This document shows positions 37,101-45,275 of a DNA stretch of 64,000 nucleotides, one piece after another. Origin of the DNA: Elusimicrobia bacterium CG1_02_56_21. GTDB lineage: Bacteria; Elusimicrobiota; Elusimicrobia; Elusimicrobiales; UBA9959. Position 1 is the first letter of the stretch. Every line of letters starts with the position of its first letter. The position numbers and the translations under genes were made by a program. The stretch covers positions 4,589-68,588 of the forward strand of contig MNUR01000077.1 of the NCBI GenBank assembly GCA_001871115.1, in the 5' to 3' direction. The notes under the pieces are model-generated. The model ran no database searches, had not been told where the DNA came from, and was given only the letters and a program-made list of their open reading frames with translations.

Positions 37101-37781
37101 CTATCTTGCCTCTATGCCGCCCGAACTCGCAAATTCTATGACCGCCCGCCTTACGGCTCCCTCGAACCTTGAGCGGTCCTCGCCATCCCTTTCCAGCCTT
37201 GAAAGCAGGCGCAGGGTTATTTCCAGCTGCACGCCCCCTGCCGAACCGCGGTTAACTATATTTTTCGCCGAAGTCCCGGGCAGGCGGGCGCAGGGGGTAA
37301 CAGCGGCGAAACCGGAGTCCTCCAGGCGCCTGGCTACCAGGGCGGCGGCGGCTTTATTGCTGCCCCCCACGCAAACCCAGCTGCCTCTGCCGGCCTGGGC
37401 GTGCAGGGAGAGGCCCAGGGCTCCGGAGGTAGAGAGACGCACCGCGTCAGGATCGTTAAAATGAGAGGAAGTCACGTGCAGCCGGCCGCTTTCCCTGCCG
37501 AGCCAGCCGTTAAAGACATACAGGTTGAAGTCCCTGCCGGCAACTCCACGGGCCAACCGGGCGGTGGCGAGCTCTATATCGCCTCCGTGAGGCGCAAAAA
37601 CCGTCACCCGGGAACCCCTGTCATAGACTTCCCTGGAATATTCCAGCCCTTCCGTGTTCGCCGCTTTGAGAGCAAGAAAGTCCGGGTAAGCGTCGCCGCT
37701 CCGGCGCACAGCGGCCATATCCGCGGTACAGGCGGCGGAAAAGAACAGGGCAAATGGCAGTAATAATTTAAAAAGTCTCAT
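37101..37781 (-). CDS. poly-gamma-glutamate hydrolase (PghP/YjqB, UPF0714) family lipoprotein
   Basis: VFAPHGGDIELATARLARGVAG..LHVTSSHFNDP matches the family core. Lipobox FFSAAC. ATG at 37781 (the track start at 37799 is TTG). Confidence 0.8.
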   Translation of the reverse strand: MRLFKLLLPFALFFSAACTADMAAVRRSGDAYPDFLALKAANTEGLEYSREVYDRGSRVTVFAPHGGDIELATARLARGVAGRDFNLYVFNGWLGRESGRLHVTSSHFNDPDAVRLSTSGALGLSLHAQAGRGSWVCVGGSNKAAAALVARRLEDSGFAAVTPCARLPGTSAKNIVNRGSAGGVQLEITLRLLSRLERDGEDRSRFEGAVRRAVIEFASSGGIEAR

Positions 37782-37942
37782 GAAAACCCGAAGTTTCAAC
37801 TTTCGGGGCTGAACACCGGGAAAGCCCCGATACTACATATAATATAAAAAACAGGGCCCTTTAAAGAACCGCCGCGGGCCCGGAGGGAAATACGGCGCTT
37901 TAAATGGCCCGGGGCGCCAAGTCCTCCCGGGCCGTTTTAGTC

Positions 37943-39139
37943 CTAAAGGACCCTTTTCTGCCCGGCTTTGTACAGCGCTTCTATAACTTTAGCGGGGTTC
38001 TTTTTAGTGCAGGCAGCCATCATAGCCGCGATAATAAAGGGCTTATAGCCGGCTTCTTTGTAGGTTCCGATGCGGTATTTCTCGAATACCGAGGCGGAAA
38101 CCTCTCCCTGCTTGCAGGACACGTCCGTTATGTCGGCAGGCAGGCAGTGCAGGTACAGGCCCTCGCCGCCCCTGGTCGCCTTCATCCTTGCCTCGTCGCA
38201 TTCCCAGCCGGTATGCTTTGCGTTCTGCGCCAGGCATTCTTTCTCGAGGTCTTTGAGGCCCGCCTGGTCCGACTTCTCCAGCAGCTGCGTGCGGCGTTCC
38301 ATAACCTTGCAGGGCGCCCAGCTTTTCGGGTAAACGATATCCGCGTCCTTAAAAGCGCTCTCCATGCTGTTGGAGACCATGAAGGAGCCACCGGACTTTT
38401 TCGCGTTCTCGCCGGCCACTTTTATGGTCTCGGGCAGCAGGTCGTAACCCTCGGGGTGGGCCAGCTCGACGTTCATGCCATAGCGGGTCATAAGGCAGAT
38501 GACGCCCTGCGGGACGGAAAGGGGTTTGCCGTAGCTGGGGGAGTAGGCCCAGGTCATGGCTATTTTCTTGCCCCTGAGCTTGTCGAAGCCGCCGAAATGG
38601 TTCTTTATGAACAGCATGTCGGACATAGACTGTGTCGGGTGGTCCAGGTCGCACTGGAGATTGACAATGGCGGGGCGCTGGTTCAGAACTCCGTTCTTGA
38701 AACCATCGTCCAGGGCCTCGGCCACTTCCTTCATATAGGCGTGTCCCTTGCCGATGAACATATCGTCGCGTATGCCTATGGCCTCGGTCAGGAAGGAGAT
38801 CATATTGGACGTTTCGCGCACGGTCTCCCCGTGGGCTATCTGCGACTTGCCCTCGTCGAGGTCCTGTACCGCCAGGCCGAGCAAATTGCAGGCGGAAGCG
38901 AAGGAAAACCTGGTCCTGGTGGAATTATCCCTGAAATTGGAGACGGCAAGACCGGTCCTGAACATATCGAGCGGGATATTCCTGGCATGCAGTTCTTTGA
39001 GCAGTTCGGCTATGATGAACACGGATTTAAGCTCGGCGTCGGATTTTTCCCAGGTCAGCAGGAAATCCTTGCCGTAAAGATCGGCGCCCAGGCCGCTAAG
39101 TTCAGTTAAAGATTTATCTATGTCGATTGGCATTTTCAT
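37943..39139 (-). CDS. ygeW: knotted carbamoyltransferase YgeW
   Basis: 398 aa. FRDNSTRTRFSF carbamoyl-phosphate motif, HCLPA motif, YgeW-type N-terminus. Confidence 0.9.
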   Translation of the reverse strand: MKMPIDIDKSLTELSGLGADLYGKDFLLTWEKSDAELKSVFIIAELLKELHARNIPLDMFRTGLAVSNFRDNSTRTRFSFASACNLLGLAVQDLDEGKSQIAHGETVRETSNMISFLTEAIGIRDDMFIGKGHAYMKEVAEALDDGFKNGVLNQRPAIVNLQCDLDHPTQSMSDMLFIKNHFGGFDKLRGKKIAMTWAYSPSYGKPLSVPQGVICLMTRYGMNVELAHPEGYDLLPETIKVAGENAKKSGGSFMVSNSMESAFKDADIVYPKSWAPCKVMERRTQLLEKSDQAGLKDLEKECLAQNAKHTGWECDEARMKATRGGEGLYLHCLPADITDVSCKQGEVSASVFEKYRIGTYKEAGYKPFIIAAMMAACTKKNPAKVIEALYKAGQKRVL

Positions 39140-39276
39140 CTCCAGGCGTTTTCTGTTAGTAGTTAACCATCATTATTCTACAAAAAAGAGCGCGTTTAAA
39201 CCTTTCCGGCGGGAGCGGGAAGAGGCTGCGCGGAGCTTTGCGGAGCCGGTCTACCGGCTATTTTAACAAGGGGATC

Positions 39277-39306
39277 AAAAAGCCCCGCGGGCCTGCCCGC
39301 GGGGCT
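39277..39306 (-). terminator. intrinsic terminator downstream of ygeY
   Basis: 12-bp complementary arms AGCCCCGCGGGC / GCCCGCGGGGCT, followed on the minus strand by TTTT. Confidence 0.7.
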
Positions 39307-39318
39307 TTAAGAGCGGTT

Positions 39319-40509
39319 TTACAGGTACTGCGCAATAGCGGCGTAAAAAGCCGCGGCCTTTACCAGGTCTTCCGCCGGCATGAACTCGTTTACGGTATGC
39401 GCGTAAACCTCGTTGCCGGGCCCGAAGCCTATGGTCGGAATGCCGAGGCGGCCGGCCGAAGCCACGCCGTTGGTAGAGAACACCCACCTGTCCACCGCGG
39501 GCGTCCTGTTCAGGGCCACTTTTCCGGCCTCGACCCCGGCTTTTACCAGCTTATGGTTCGCGGGGAGCACCCAGGTAGGGAAATATTTTTCCTGCCCCAC
39601 TTTGAGCCCTGTCCAGGCCACGGCGTCGTACTGCAGAACTTCAACCTTGGCCCTGGCTTTCTTCACCGAGGGCAGCCGCTGTATCTCCGCCACCGAGCTC
39701 TTCAGCGTCTCGCCTATGGTCAGGCGGCGGTCAAGGTAAATGGTGCATTCGTCGGGCACGGCGTTGAGGGAAGGGGTCTTGCATTCTATGCAGGTGACGG
39801 CCACGGTGCCCTTGCCTATAAATTTATCCGTTTTCAGTTTCTTGCTCAGGGCGGTTATTTCACTTACGATATCGGACATCTTGGCCACGGCGTTCTCGCC
39901 GCGTTCCGGGGCCGAGGCGTGACAGGACCGGCCCTTTGTAACGACCTTCATCTCCATCCGGCCGCGGTGGCCGCGGTAGACCTTCAGGTCGGTAGGTTCG
40001 GTTATTACCACGAAATCAGGGCGGATTTTTTCTTTATTGATAATGTGCAGCAGCGGCAGCCCGTCGCAATCCTCCTCCATGACGGAGCCCACCACCATCA
40101 GGGTGTAATCGCCCTCCAGCTTCAGGTCTTTTATTATTTTCCCGGCATAGACCATGGAGGCCATGGAAAGCTTCTGGTCGGTGGCTCCGCGGCCGTATAT
40201 CGTATCGTTCTTGTAGACGCCCGCGAAAGGGTCTATTTTCCAGGCGGTCTTATCGCCTATCCCCACGGTATCGATATGGGCGTCCATCATGATCTTTTTT
40301 TTGCCGCGGCCGATGAAGCCGATAATATTGCCCATTGCGTCTATCCTGACCTTATCGAAGCCGACTTTTATCATCTCTTTCTTTATCAGTTCGACAAGTT
40401 TCCCTTCCTGGCAGGAAAAACTGGGGGTGCGGATAATATTGCGGGCAAAAGCCACTATGTCTTTTTTGTATTTCCGGGCGGCTTTGCGGATAAGTTCGGG
40501 TTTGTTCAT
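39319..40509 (-). CDS. ygeY: YgeY-family M20 peptidase/deacylase
   Basis: 396 aa. IMMDAHIDTVG, MEEDCDG and TNGVA motifs of M20/ArgE-type hydrolases with a YgeY-like N-terminus. Strong GGAGG SD. Confidence 0.9.
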   Translation of the reverse strand: MNKPELIRKAARKYKKDIVAFARNIIRTPSFSCQEGKLVELIKKEMIKVGFDKVRIDAMGNIIGFIGRGKKKIMMDAHIDTVGIGDKTAWKIDPFAGVYKNDTIYGRGATDQKLSMASMVYAGKIIKDLKLEGDYTLMVVGSVMEEDCDGLPLLHIINKEKIRPDFVVITEPTDLKVYRGHRGRMEMKVVTKGRSCHASAPERGENAVAKMSDIVSEITALSKKLKTDKFIGKGTVAVTCIECKTPSLNAVPDECTIYLDRRLTIGETLKSSVAEIQRLPSVKKARAKVEVLQYDAVAWTGLKVGQEKYFPTWVLPANHKLVKAGVEAGKVALNRTPAVDRWVFSTNGVASAGRLGIPTIGFGPGNEVYAHTVNEFMPAEDLVKAAAFYAAIAQYL

Positions 40510-40537
40510 TATTTTCCTCCGTGGTTGGCTTATCCAT

Positions 40538-40567
40538 ATTCTATATCTATACCCCTGATGTTGTAAA
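40538..40567 (-). promoter_or_regulatory. candidate sigma70-type promoter of ygeY
   Basis: Minus strand: TTTACA (40567-40562), 18-nt spacer, TAGAAT (40543-40538), about 28 nt upstream of the ATG. Confidence 0.4.
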
Positions 40568-40613
40568 TCCGATAATGGCTCAGGGCACCGTGAGATCCTA
40601 CGCCGAAGGTTGT

Positions 40614-40730
40614 CGAGAGCATGGGTTCCTCGGGCACACGGTCGGCCACACCGTGGCCGCCGTCCCCACTCGGCCTCCGCGCTTACGCAAGCGTCGGCCT
40701 CCGTGAGGGCCCTCTGAACTCATGCTCTCG
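40614..40730. repeat. structured palindromic repeat element, copy B (inverted relative to copy A)
   Basis: 15-bp closing stem CGAGAGCATGGGTTC / GAACTCATGCTCTCG. The reverse complement aligns with copy A across the core, including CGCTTACGCAAGC and hairpin GGCCAC-ACC-GTGGCC (40644-40658). Confidence 0.8.
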
Positions 40731-40777
40731 CCACCCCTCCAGATACAAACTGACCTAAGTATAATTCCAGTTTACAA

Positions 40778-40989
40778 GGCGGAGACCGTTGGGGCAGGGT
40801 TAGCAAAAGCCCGTCGGAGGACGAGGCTTGCGTAGGCGCCGAGCCTGAGACCGGCAGGCGCGCGCACGGTGTGCGCGACGCTGTTTTTGCGTTCCGGGCC
40901 CCATGGGAAGCCCCCTGGCGGGCGAACGCGGAGTGAGGCCACGGTGTGGCCGAACGCGTTTTGCGTTCCGGCCCGCACGGTAAGCCGCC
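40778..40989. repeat. composite structured repeat element, copy C
   Basis: Closing arms GGCGGAGACCGT / ACGGTAAGCCGCC. Core GGAGGACGAGGCTTGCGTAGGCGCCGAGCC. Two hairpin modules, CGCGCAC-GGT-GTGCGCG (40861-40877) and GGCCAC-GGT-GTGGCC (40937-40951), each followed by ACGC-T-rich-GCGTTCCGGGCC. Confidence 0.7.
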
Positions 40990-40997
40990 TGCAAGCT

Positions 40998-42248
40998 TTA
41001 TTTAAGCAATGAAAGATATTTTCTGAGGGCTTCAATGAAGAAAGCGGTGTCCCGCGGGGTATTGTAGGCGAAGAAGGAGATCCTTATGGTTTCGCGGAAA
41101 CCGGAGGCGAGGCAGGCCAGGTCTGCGCAATGGCGGCCGGTGCGGACGGCTATAAAGCGGCCCTTCAGCTGCAGGTTGAGGAACTGGTTAAAATCAGGGA
41201 TTGAAAAACTCTTTTTCTCGGGGACCATAGAAATAAGCGACCCCTCGGCCAGGTCTTCACGCTCTCCCAGCACGCGCACGCCATTCATACCTTCAAGAAG
41301 ATCCAGCCCGCCCGACACCAGGCCCGAAATATGCTTTCTGATATTTTCAAATCCGCATTTTTCCAGCCGCTTAATAGTAACCGCCAGGGCGGAGGCGCCG
41401 GAGTAATTCTGAACCCCCGCTTCGAAACCCTGGTAATTTTCCAGGTACTTGACCTTGTAGCGCCCTCCCGCCACGGAGACGTCCTCTATGGTTCCGCCGC
41501 CGACCCTCCAGGGGCGCAGCTTGCCCATCAGCTCCCGCTTTACATAAAGCGCCCCGGTGCCGTAAGGCGCCCCTATCTTATGCCCTGAAAAAGCGCAGGC
41601 GTCCGCGCCGCAAAGGGCGCCGCCGCCTGCATGCGAGGGGGCGAACTGCGCGTCGTCCGCAAAAAAATATGCTCCTGCGCTGTGGGCCAGGGCCGCCGCG
41701 GAGGAGATATCCTCGCGCCCGCCGAATATATTGGAGGCGTGGGTAAAACAGACCAGGGCGGTCCTGGGTCCCAGCATTTTAGCGTAAGTTTTCATGTCCG
41801 GCTTAAGACCGCCGAGCGGGACCACCCTCAGCTTTATTTTGCCGGCGGCCGCGAGGCGCTCGAAAGGCAGGAAAACGGCGTTATGTTCCAGCGGCGAAAG
41901 TATGACCTCGCTGCGCCCGGGAGTGAAGGGGAAGGCATTGGCCAGCAAATTTACCGCGTCCGTAACTCCCGAGGTGAAAATAATCTCTGCGGGGGAGCGG
42001 GCGCCCATAAAAGAAGCCACGGCGGCGCGCGCGGAGTGGAAATTCTCTTCCATTGCCAAGGCCAGGGCGTGCACGGAGCGTTTCCCCCCGCAGCCGCCAA
42101 GCTTCAGCATATGGCGCTGCTGTTCCCGCGCTGCGCAGCGCATTTTAAGAACGGTGCAGGCGCTGTCCAGATAAACCATGCGGCGGCCCCCGAACCGCGC
42201 GCCCAGCGCGGGAAATTCCTTTTTAAGAGCGGCTATTTTTTCTTTCAT
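40998..42248 (-). CDS. class V aminotransferase / cysteine desulfurase-like (last gene of the rSAM operon)
   Basis: PLP-lysine motif FSGHKIGAPYGTGALYV; 416 aa. ATGA overlap with the upstream rSAM gene. Confidence 0.85.
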   Translation of the reverse strand: MKEKIAALKKEFPALGARFGGRRMVYLDSACTVLKMRCAAREQQRHMLKLGGCGGKRSVHALALAMEENFHSARAAVASFMGARSPAEIIFTSGVTDAVNLLANAFPFTPGRSEVILSPLEHNAVFLPFERLAAAGKIKLRVVPLGGLKPDMKTYAKMLGPRTALVCFTHASNIFGGREDISSAAALAHSAGAYFFADDAQFAPSHAGGGALCGADACAFSGHKIGAPYGTGALYVKRELMGKLRPWRVGGGTIEDVSVAGGRYKVKYLENYQGFEAGVQNYSGASALAVTIKRLEKCGFENIRKHISGLVSGGLDLLEGMNGVRVLGEREDLAEGSLISMVPEKKSFSIPDFNQFLNLQLKGRFIAVRTGRHCADLACLASGFRETIRISFFAYNTPRDTAFFIEALRKYLSLLK

Positions 42249-43087
42249 AAATTCTTATGTACGGCGATATAATCTTTCCTGGGCCCGGGGCAAAGCCTGA
42301 AGAAACGGCAGCCCCGGCAGGCAGGCACACGCTTCTTCTCCAGCAAATGCGGGCCTCTGAGCCCTTTCCTCATTTTTACCATATCAACGCTGAGCCGGTA
42401 AAATTCACCGAGGAAACAGGGCGGGATATGGTCCACCTCGCATTTTATTTTGTTCGCCCGGCACAGAGCCAGGGCCCGCTCAAGATAAGGTTTCACCGCT
42501 TTATATTCAGGCAGGAACCTGGCCCCCGCTCTGCCGGCGCCTTTTATATAGCTGAACTGGAGCCAGGCCGCCCCCTTCAGTTGTTTGGCCGCGAAAGCGG
42601 CGAAAGCGGGCAGGAGGCGGTAATTGAGGGAGCTGATAACATGGGTCAGCCGCACGGCAGCCCCGGCTTTTATAAGCCTCCTGACCCCTTCAAGCCTTTT
42701 TTCAAAACCGCCGCGGGCCCGGGTGATCTTAAAATCCAGAGCGGCCGATGAAGCGGGAAAGTTTATATTAAAATAACCGCCCGCGGCGTTCAGCGCGCGG
42801 ATTATTCTTAAAAGGTCAGCTTCGGGCATGGACGCCGCGAGCAGAGCGTTGCTCTGAAGCTCGGCTTTTCGGCCCATCTTCTTTACCCCTGCAAGGAGGA
42901 GCTGCAGGGCCGCGGCGCCGGCCAGCAGCGGCTCCCCGCCGGAGATCTGGACGGGCCCGGCCGGCATTGCGGCTATCTCTTTAAGCCAGTTTTTCAAAGA
43001 GTCGGGTTCGTCAGCGCCCTGTTCAGCCGGGTAGGAGCAGAACACGCAGCGCTGGTTACATTTGCGGAAAAGGTGTATTAAAGCCAT
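42245..43087 (-). CDS. radical SAM enzyme, short auxiliary-cluster family (paralog group 1b)
   Basis: CNQRCVFC at the N-terminus, GGEP motif, conserved IPPC plus C-terminal CRGCRFFRLC. Confidence 0.85.
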   Translation of the reverse strand: MALIHLFRKCNQRCVFCSYPAEQGADEPDSLKNWLKEIAAMPAGPVQISGGEPLLAGAAALQLLLAGVKKMGRKAELQSNALLAASMPEADLLRIIRALNAAGGYFNINFPASSAALDFKITRARGGFEKRLEGVRRLIKAGAAVRLTHVISSLNYRLLPAFAAFAAKQLKGAAWLQFSYIKGAGRAGARFLPEYKAVKPYLERALALCRANKIKCEVDHIPPCFLGEFYRLSVDMVKMRKGLRGPHLLEKKRVPACRGCRFFRLCPGPRKDYIAVHKNL

Positions 43088-44271
43088 TTTTCAATTTCTT
43101 CGTATGGTTTTGCCAGCGACCAGTAATAAGTCCCGCGCGAGAACCGGCTTTTTACCAGGCCTTTCCGGGCAAGGCGGCCGGCCGAGTTCATTACCGCGTT
43201 ACCGTCGGAGCAATCGCGGCAGAGCACGATATTTTTGGAAAGTTTAAGTGTCTCTTTGGTGGAAGCCTCTTTTCTTCCTTTCAGTATCTCTACAAGGCAG
43301 CGCTCGTTATCCGAGAGGAAGATCCTGCCGGGGGCAGGCCCTTCTTCCGGGCCGGCTCCCGCTCCGACCGGAGTAAACCCTTTCCAGCCGAATATTTTCA
43401 CATAATGCCCGTCGGCACCGCCGCATTTCTTAGCCAGTGCGCACTTCCGGCAGGGAGGACCCTTAACCTTCGCGGCTTCCGCGTTCGCGTCCAGGTCCGT
43501 ACTTTTTCCGTCCGGGTCGGTTACCACCGTATTAAACGAATCGAGCCCTATCGCCAGGGTCTCGCGCCCCTTGATAAAGCAGGGCGGGGTATTGAGAAAA
43601 AGTATCTCTCCGGGCAGGCCCGCTCCCTCCATCGTCTTTACGGCCCGGAGAAAATGAGGGGCGCATTCCGGCAGGCTCACTCCCAGTTTCTTGGCGTTGG
43701 CGGCCATAGCCCCGATATAGACCGGGTAGATGATGACGAAATTGGTTATCCCCCGCTCCAGGTAGAATTTAATTATTTCGGGGAGCCGGTTATAGTTGCG
43801 GCGATTGACCAATATATTGGTGCCCACTCTTATTTTAAGGGAGCGCAGGTTCTTAAGCCCGGCCAGCGCTTTTTTAAAAGCGCCGGGGACCCCTACCAGG
43901 GCGTCATGGGCCTTTTCATTGTCGGTTGTGAAAGAGAATTTACAGAACGTCAGGCCGGCCCTGGCCAGCTTGCCGCAGAAAGCGGCGTCGGCCAGCTTTA
44001 TCCCGTTGGTCTGCACCCGTATAAAGTCGAACCCTACCGACTTGCCGAGCCCTATCACCTTGAGAATATCCGGCCTTATCAGAGGCTCCCCGCCGGTCAG
44101 GCCCAGCCTGCCGTAGCCGGCCTTACGGGCGGCGTAGATATTGCGGGCGATAGCTTCGAACGGCGCGTTGCGGGACTTGTCAAAGTCCCCCTGCGAGCAA
44201 AAAAGGCAGCGCGCATTGCAGTTATAGTTGAGTATCAGCTCGTAACATTTTCCGGTAGCTTTTTTTGCCAT
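43078..44271 (-). CDS. radical SAM enzyme, short auxiliary-cluster family (group 1a) with about 90-aa C-terminal extension
   Basis: CNARCLFC, LTGGEPLIRPD, HDALVGVPGAFKK, TPPC plus CRKCALAKKC, then an extra domain (ERCLVEILKGRKEASTKETLKL...YYWSLA). Confidence 0.85.
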   Translation of the reverse strand: MAKKATGKCYELILNYNCNARCLFCSQGDFDKSRNAPFEAIARNIYAARKAGYGRLGLTGGEPLIRPDILKVIGLGKSVGFDFIRVQTNGIKLADAAFCGKLARAGLTFCKFSFTTDNEKAHDALVGVPGAFKKALAGLKNLRSLKIRVGTNILVNRRNYNRLPEIIKFYLERGITNFVIIYPVYIGAMAANAKKLGVSLPECAPHFLRAVKTMEGAGLPGEILFLNTPPCFIKGRETLAIGLDSFNTVVTDPDGKSTDLDANAEAAKVKGPPCRKCALAKKCGGADGHYVKIFGWKGFTPVGAGAGPEEGPAPGRIFLSDNERCLVEILKGRKEASTKETLKLSKNIVLCRDCSDGNAVMNSAGRLARKGLVKSRFSRGTYYWSLAKPYEEIEKWL

Positions 44272-44279
44272 ATAGAATA

Positions 44280-45275
44280 TTAAAGGCCGTGGATGCGCCT
44301 GAACAGCGGGCTTGAAAGCCCGGCTTTGGCCGCCGCTTTAAGCCAGAGCGAAGAGATCTTCCTGGCCCGGGCCTGGCCGGGAGGGACCGGCCCGGGCTTA
44401 GCCCTGAACCGCGCCGCGGCCCAGGGCGCGGCGGGGCACATCGACTGCGAGGAATTTATCCCGCTCCCGGCGGCCAGCCTGAAAAACTTCTGCCGGCCCT
44501 TTCCGTCCGCTGCGACGCGCAACGGCGAGATCATTGCGGCGGGCCCCGAAAGCATCTTGTCGCAGGGATAAAAAAAACCGTCGGGGGCCAGTGTAATATT
44601 CCTGCAGGGTCCCGGGCGCGCTCCTCCGGCCGCCTGCGCGATAGCTTCATACCCGTTGGCGAGTTCCCACACCCCGCGCCCTTTCCGCAGGCGCACAAGA
44701 TACTCCAGGCGCAGCTCTTTTGCAGAGGAAGCGAGCCTGGACAGAGCGGCCTTGTTCCAGGGGGCTGTTATATCCGGCGCCCAGGCCAGGCGCTCGAATC
44801 CCAGGCCGAGCAACCGGGTAATGACGGCTACGAGCTGCCCGGCTTTGTCGGGCGTTATGACCGCGCTGGCGCAGGCTTTTTTCCGCAGCCGGGGCGGCAG
44901 ATTTTTCAGGGCCTTCTTTTCTTCGCAGGCCCCGCCCAGGCTTACGGTAAGCTTTATCCCCCGGCCCAGCAGCCGCGCCGCCTCGCCTTTTTCAAGAAGC
45001 AGCCCGTTAGTGAACAGGTGTACCGGCGCGCCGGGGCCGAAAAGTTTCCTTATCCGGTCCAGCGCGCAGTACAAAAGATCCCGGCAGAGCAGCGGCTCCC
45101 CCCCGAGCACGGTAAACTTAGGGGCTTCCGGCCTGGCCGCCGCGAATGAAGCCAGGGCCGCCAGCAGGGCGCGCCGGGAGATAGTGCCGCCGGAGACGCC
45201 GGAAGCGTAGCAGTAGGAGCAGGAGAGGTTGCAGCGCCCGCTCAGGTAAATAACAAGATGGTCAGGTCTGGTCAT
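44280..45275 (-). CDS. radical SAM enzyme with twitch/SPASM-like C-terminal motif (group 3)
   Basis: CNLSCSYC, LGGEPLL, CRNITLAPDGFFYPC (Cx9-15Gx4C). Paralog of 54932-56014. Confidence 0.85.
   Translation of the reverse strand: MTRPDHLVIYLSGRCNLSCSYCYASGVSGGTISRRALLAALASFAAARPEAPKFTVLGGEPLLCRDLLYCALDRIRKLFGPGAPVHLFTNGLLLEKGEAARLLGRGIKLTVSLGGACEEKKALKNLPPRLRKKACASAVITPDKAGQLVAVITRLLGLGFERLAWAPDITAPWNKAALSRLASSAKELRLEYLVRLRKGRGVWELANGYEAIAQAAGGARPGPCRNITLAPDGFFYPCDKMLSGPAAMISPLRVAADGKGRQKFFRLAAGSGINSSQSMCPAAPWAAARFRAKPGPVPPGQARARKISSLWLKAAAKAGLSSPLFRRIHGL

Noticed and set aside
37101-37781. A family often annotated as phage-related replication protein YjqB, considered as a hint of a prophage.
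   Set aside because: No integrase, capsid, terminase or other phage genes are nearby. The family is a PghP-type zinc hydrolase, and here it carries a lipoprotein signal.
40521-41035. Small ORFs in the gap below the rSAM operon encoding repeated G-H-T-V motifs (FLGHTVGHTVAAV, FGHTVAS, VAHTVRA), considered as a possible repeat-peptide substrate (His-Xaa-Ser-like) for the rSAM enzymes.
   Set aside because: - The H-T-V codons are simply the GGCCAC-ACC-GTGGCC hairpins read in frame.
- The same palindromes occur at 26.4 kb, far from the operon and in both orientations.
- The ORFs have no SD or start context and are Arg/Pro-rich.
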